DNA of 39,773 nucleotides from a virus. Lineage: Duplodnaviria > Caudoviricetes. Both the position numbers and the translations under genes were made by a program. The stretch lies in the IMG/VR virus record IMGVR_UViG_3300031260_000014, positions 1-39,773 of that record. One strand, 5' to 3'. The notes under the pieces are model-generated. The model ran no database searches and was not told where the DNA came from. It was given only the letters and a program-made list of their open reading frames with translations. Positions 37,156-39,773 of the stretch are shown in pieces; within the stretch, counting starts at the first letter, position 1, and the number at the start of each line of letters is the position of its first letter.

Positions 37156-37995
37156 CTATTTTTTTATTGTTAATACCTGTCCCACTCTGATAATATATAG
37201 CGGTGCTTTGATATTATTATCTTTTGCAATATCTTTATAAGATACGCCATATAGTTTCGCTATTTTAGAGAGTGATTCACCCTTTTTAACTGTATGTCTT
37301 ACCGTAGTATTAGTTTGTGGATTACTCGGCTGTACAGGGCTGTCAGACTGTTTTAAACGTATGCCAAAAGCACTTGTTACGTTGCGTCCTTGAGTATATA
37401 CAGTTTTACCATCTGCATAGAGTGAAGTAGAACCTCCCCCGTCTGCGTTGATTGCGTATCTCACACCCTGTTTAATAAACTCAGTAGCAACCTCTGTCAG
37501 ATTAGAATTTGTGCCTAATCCAATTACAATATAGATATTACTTGCGTCAATACCAATTGCTGTTCGTGGTCTAAGGGCTGTCGCAAAACTCTGCGTTAGC
37601 CCCTTCATATCCATATTAATCTTACCATCAATTACTAGCGTAGGTGTGCCGCCGATGAAGTCCACAGGTTTGCCTTTGCTGTTTGCAGTAGTTGACCAAT
37701 ATGCGGAGACTCCTTCCCACGGATTGCCAAACGCAATTCCCTTATCAGAATAGTTTCCGCCATTATTTACAACTCCACCAACAATTAAATCTGCAATATT
37801 CTGGTACGATTTCATGTCGAAGAAAACGCCATTAACAGCAATGTCCCATTTCATTTCCTGTGCGTGTTTCGTCACAGAATATGTTTTGTTTTTATCTTTT
37901 AAAGATACACCCGCACTCTCAATTGCTGAGAATGGAATTTTATATACCGTAAACTTTTTATTATACGGTGTTATTTTGTATTTTGATACTGTCAT
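37156..37995 (-). CDS. phosphodiester glycosidase (NAGPA-like) plus C-terminal LysM
   Basis: AVNGVFFD, G.P.LV.DG, PRTAIG, NADGGGST; HTVKKGESLSKIA..YGV..DIA..N.I...IRVGQ.L. Confidence 0.82.
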   Translation of the reverse strand: MTVSKYKITPYNKKFTVYKIPFSAIESAGVSLKDKNKTYSVTKHAQEMKWDIAVNGVFFDMKSYQNIADLIVGGVVNNGGNYSDKGIAFGNPWEGVSAYWSTTANSKGKPVDFIGGTPTLVIDGKINMDMKGLTQSFATALRPRTAIGIDASNIYIVIGLGTNSNLTEVATEFIKQGVRYAINADGGGSTSLYADGKTVYTQGRNVTSAFGIRLKQSDSPVQPSNPQTNTTVRHTVKKGESLSKIAKLYGVSYKDIAKDNNIKAPLYIIRVGQVLTIKK

Positions 37996-38021
37996 TTTAT
38001 CTCCTTTCGTGCGTTATGTAG

Positions 38022-38156
38022 TTATGCCTTCGCAGGATAAACAAACCCTGTTATCTCAAAATATTCATCTTCTGTGATAGCCTTGCCGACAACGTTCCAA
38101 ACTCTGTCAATAGACCAGAGTCCATTATCATAATAATATTTAACTTTATCATACAT
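38022..38156 (-). CDS. XkdX-family small protein (44 aa; not in ORF track)
   Basis: MYDKVKYYYDNGLWSIDRVWNVVGKAITEDEYFEITGFVY; TAATG coupling to the upstream ORF. Confidence 0.8.
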   Translation of the reverse strand: MYDKVKYYYDNGLWSIDRVWNVVGKAITEDEYFEITGFVYPAKA

Positions 38157-38386
38157 TACAACATCACCCCCGTCATTACGGCAATATAATCGGTATCCGC
38201 TCTTGTTTGTGCCAAGACCATAGAATCATATTCCCGCCTTGTGTATTCGTCGACTTCGTAGTTATACATTGTCACACCATCGTTTTCTTGGCTTGTGATA
38301 TTATGATTATGATACACACAGGTTTCACTCGAATCTAAATCCCATTCACTTGGCATAATTGCCGATTGGCTTTTGTATTTTTTCAT
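38156..38386 (-). CDS. tail-region hypothetical protein (ADTDYIAVMTGV end, typical upstream of XkdX)
   Basis: 76 aa; overlaps the RT 3' end; GGGAGG RBS. Confidence 0.7.
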   Translation of the reverse strand: MKKYKSQSAIMPSEWDLDSSETCVYHNHNITSQENDGVTMYNYEVDEYTRREYDSMVLAQTRADTDYIAVMTGVML

Positions 38387-39425
38387 TCTGTTTTCTTGCC
38401 TCCCTTCGAATTATATTTTTAAGTTGTGATATATTTATATATGGTTTTATTCTACTATTAAAAAGATTAAAACTATTGGTGTTTTTAATCCACCCCATAT
38501 AACTAAACATACTACAAGCGTCGTTATATGTTGGCTTGGTCTTTTTATAAATTTTATTTGCTTTGCGTGTTATTCTTAACATTATAGATTTTCTTAAAGT
38601 AGTTTTGTTTCTATAAAATCTAAAACCCATAAAATCTAAAGGCTCTTTGTCAAATCTATAAACCTGCCAATTGGATTTTAATTTTAATCCGATGGTGTCT
38701 AAAAACTTTTCAACCGCAATACGCATTTTATGCAGTTCTTTTTTATTGCGGCTAAATAAAATCATGTCGTCCATATATCTAATATAATACTTTACTTTTA
38801 GTTGTTCTTTTATATAATGGTCTAAATCTTGTAGATAAAAATTTGCCAGCCACTGACTAATAAGTATTCCGATTGGCAATCCTTTATTTTTGTCAAGAAT
38901 ACTATAAAGTAAATTTAAAACTTTTACGTCTTTAATCTTTTTTCTTAGTTTTTGTTTTAAAATACTTATATCTACAGATGGATAAAATTTGCTTATATCT
39001 AATTTCAGATAATATTTAGTATTTTTGTGGTCTGATTTTGTCCATCTTTCAACATATTTTTTACCATAATGTATGCCACGATTAGGAATACTACCACAGC
39101 TAAATTCATACATACCACGTGACAATATGGGCGATATCTGTAATATTATCGCCCATTGTATTATTTGGTCTGGATAAAAGTTTGGCTTATATATTATTCT
39201 TTCTTTTTTGGATATGCCTTCTCTTATCGTGTCTGTTTTATAATCATTTGGTACATACGATTCATTTATAAGCATATTGTGTATTTTGTCCACATAATAT
39301 GTTATATTTGACAATACTCGCTTAACATCATCTCTGTTTCGTTTCCCTTTTGATGCGCTTATTATGGCGACACGTATATTTTCTTTATGACATATTTTTT
39401 CGTATATATATCCTTCTCTTTTCAT
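38346..39425 (-). CDS. DGR-type reverse transcriptase
   Basis: KERII, DQIIQWA, GIH, LKLDISKFYPSV, GLPIGILISQ (DGR GxxxSQ), YIRYMDD, DFMG; no maturase or endonuclease domain. Confidence 0.92.
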   Translation of the reverse strand: MKREGYIYEKICHKENIRVAIISASKGKRNRDDVKRVLSNITYYVDKIHNMLINESYVPNDYKTDTIREGISKKERIIYKPNFYPDQIIQWAIILQISPILSRGMYEFSCGSIPNRGIHYGKKYVERWTKSDHKNTKYYLKLDISKFYPSVDISILKQKLRKKIKDVKVLNLLYSILDKNKGLPIGILISQWLANFYLQDLDHYIKEQLKVKYYIRYMDDMILFSRNKKELHKMRIAVEKFLDTIGLKLKSNWQVYRFDKEPLDFMGFRFYRNKTTLRKSIMLRITRKANKIYKKTKPTYNDACSMFSYMGWIKNTNSFNLFNSRIKPYINISQLKNIIRREARKQNEKIQKPIGNYAK

Positions 39426-39660
39426 TTATTCCTTTCTTATCGTCTCAAGGGCTTTCAATTGTTTACTAACCCCTGCCTGCTACGACTTAATTTTCGCCAA
39501 GTGGCGAGGATTTTAAAGTGCAATTTTTATTAATTCATAAGAAGTGCGGGAGCCGATGCTCGTGTCCGTAGCCGAAGCCAAAATGTTCAAAATCACATAC
39601 CGACAGCCATCACGAAGTGCGTAAATCCAACTACCACCGACTCAGCACTTTAAAACCCTA
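39426..39660 (-). ncRNA. putative DGR template RNA (TR with structured flanks)
   Basis: non-coding; 15-bp stem (39645-39659 with 39507-39521) brackets TR; small TCGCCA/TGGCGA hairpin at 39494-39507. Confidence 0.65.
39537..39641 (-). repeat. DGR template repeat (TR) with IMH*-like end
   Basis: reads VGGSWIYALRDGCRYVILNILASATDTSIGSR in a frame closed by an upstream TGA; 39546-39604 is identical to 39715-39773. Confidence 0.8.
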
Positions 39661-39662
39661 TA

Positions 39663-39683
39663 TTGGGGCTTGGTCAGCCCCAA
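39663..39683 (-). other. DGR target-recognition hairpin downstream of VR
   Basis: 8-bp GC-rich stem TTGGGGCT / AGCCCCAA with 5-nt loop, 7 nt after the target stop codon. Confidence 0.75.
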
Positions 39684-39690
39684 ACCCCGA

Positions 39691-39773
39691 CTAAGCAGGG
39701 TTTATATAAGAAAGGCGGGAGCCGATGCTCGTGTCCGTAGCCGAAGCCAAAATGTTCAAAATCACATACCGAC
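39691..39773 (-). CDS. 3' end of DGR target gene (C-type-lectin-fold variable protein, probably tail fibre / receptor-binding); contains VR; partial
   Basis: ...RYVILNILASATDTSIGSRLSYINPA-stop (TAG 39693-39691); the IGSRL end is typical of CLec VRs; gene continues beyond the window. Confidence 0.75.
   Translation of the reverse strand, partial: RYVILNILASATDTSIGSRLSYINPA

Larger units (their letters stand above)
38346..39773 (-). mobile_element. diversity-generating retroelement (target/VR - hairpin - TR - RT), truncated by the window end
   Basis: DGR-type RT plus a 59-nt repeat pair, one copy at the end of a CLec-like ORF and one non-coding. Confidence 0.88.

Noticed and set aside
36160-38077. 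Plus-strand ORFs 36160..36414 and 37814..38077
   Set aside because: Antisense to lysis and XkdX genes, with no RBS or motifs.
38156-38386. 76-aa ORF as the Avd accessory protein
   Set aside because: Too short and acidic; its C-terminus and coupling to XkdX match phage tail-region genes.
38346-39425. RT as group II intron maturase, retron or Abi RT
   Set aside because: Has the DGR GxxxSQ motif rather than PQG, no X/En domains, no retron VTG motif, and a TR/VR pair lies directly upstream.
39546-39773. 59-bp direct repeat as a CRISPR array or RT-associated repeat array
   Set aside because: Only two copies are visible, too long for CRISPR repeats; one copy ends a CLec-like reading frame and the RT is DGR-type. 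Further copies beyond the window cannot be excluded.

Overview
About 40 kb of a low-GC double-stranded DNA phage genome, most likely from a phage of an anaerobic Firmicute (Clostridia-like), inferred from consensus sigma-A promoters, GGAGG ribosome-binding sites, an anaerobic class III ribonucleotide reductase and a Gram-positive-type lysis cassette. On the + strand (1-35750) there is an early region of about 45 small genes driven by strong promoters, a Xer-like tyrosine recombinase, and a replication and nucleotide-metabolism block: ThyX-like protein, SSB-like protein, Sak4-like ATPase, beta-CASP nuclease, two orphan DNA methyltransferases, DnaB helicase, primase, DnaE polymerase, Lar-like protein, RecJ, RecD2, dNMP kinase, glutaredoxin, NrdD, NrdG and dUTPase. 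Converging on the - strand (35799-39773) is the end of the late region: a holin-like protein, an amidase-SPOR endolysin, a phosphodiester glycosidase-LysM protein, an XkdX-like protein and a diversity-generating retroelement (DGR: target-gene 3' end with VR, hairpin, TR, reverse transcriptase; no avd between them). The most unusual signal is that the DGR template repeat is identical to the variable repeat over all 59 comparable bases and has only one AAY codon, so the template looks overwritten by a diversified copy (or mis-assembled). Other notable items are a circularly permuted C5-methyltransferase (motif I at the C-terminus) split at a G7 tract, a hairpin repeat marking gene boundaries in a G+C-richer gene cluster, and promoters embedded in terminator-like hairpins. 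All family assignments come from motif recognition by eye; no searches were run.
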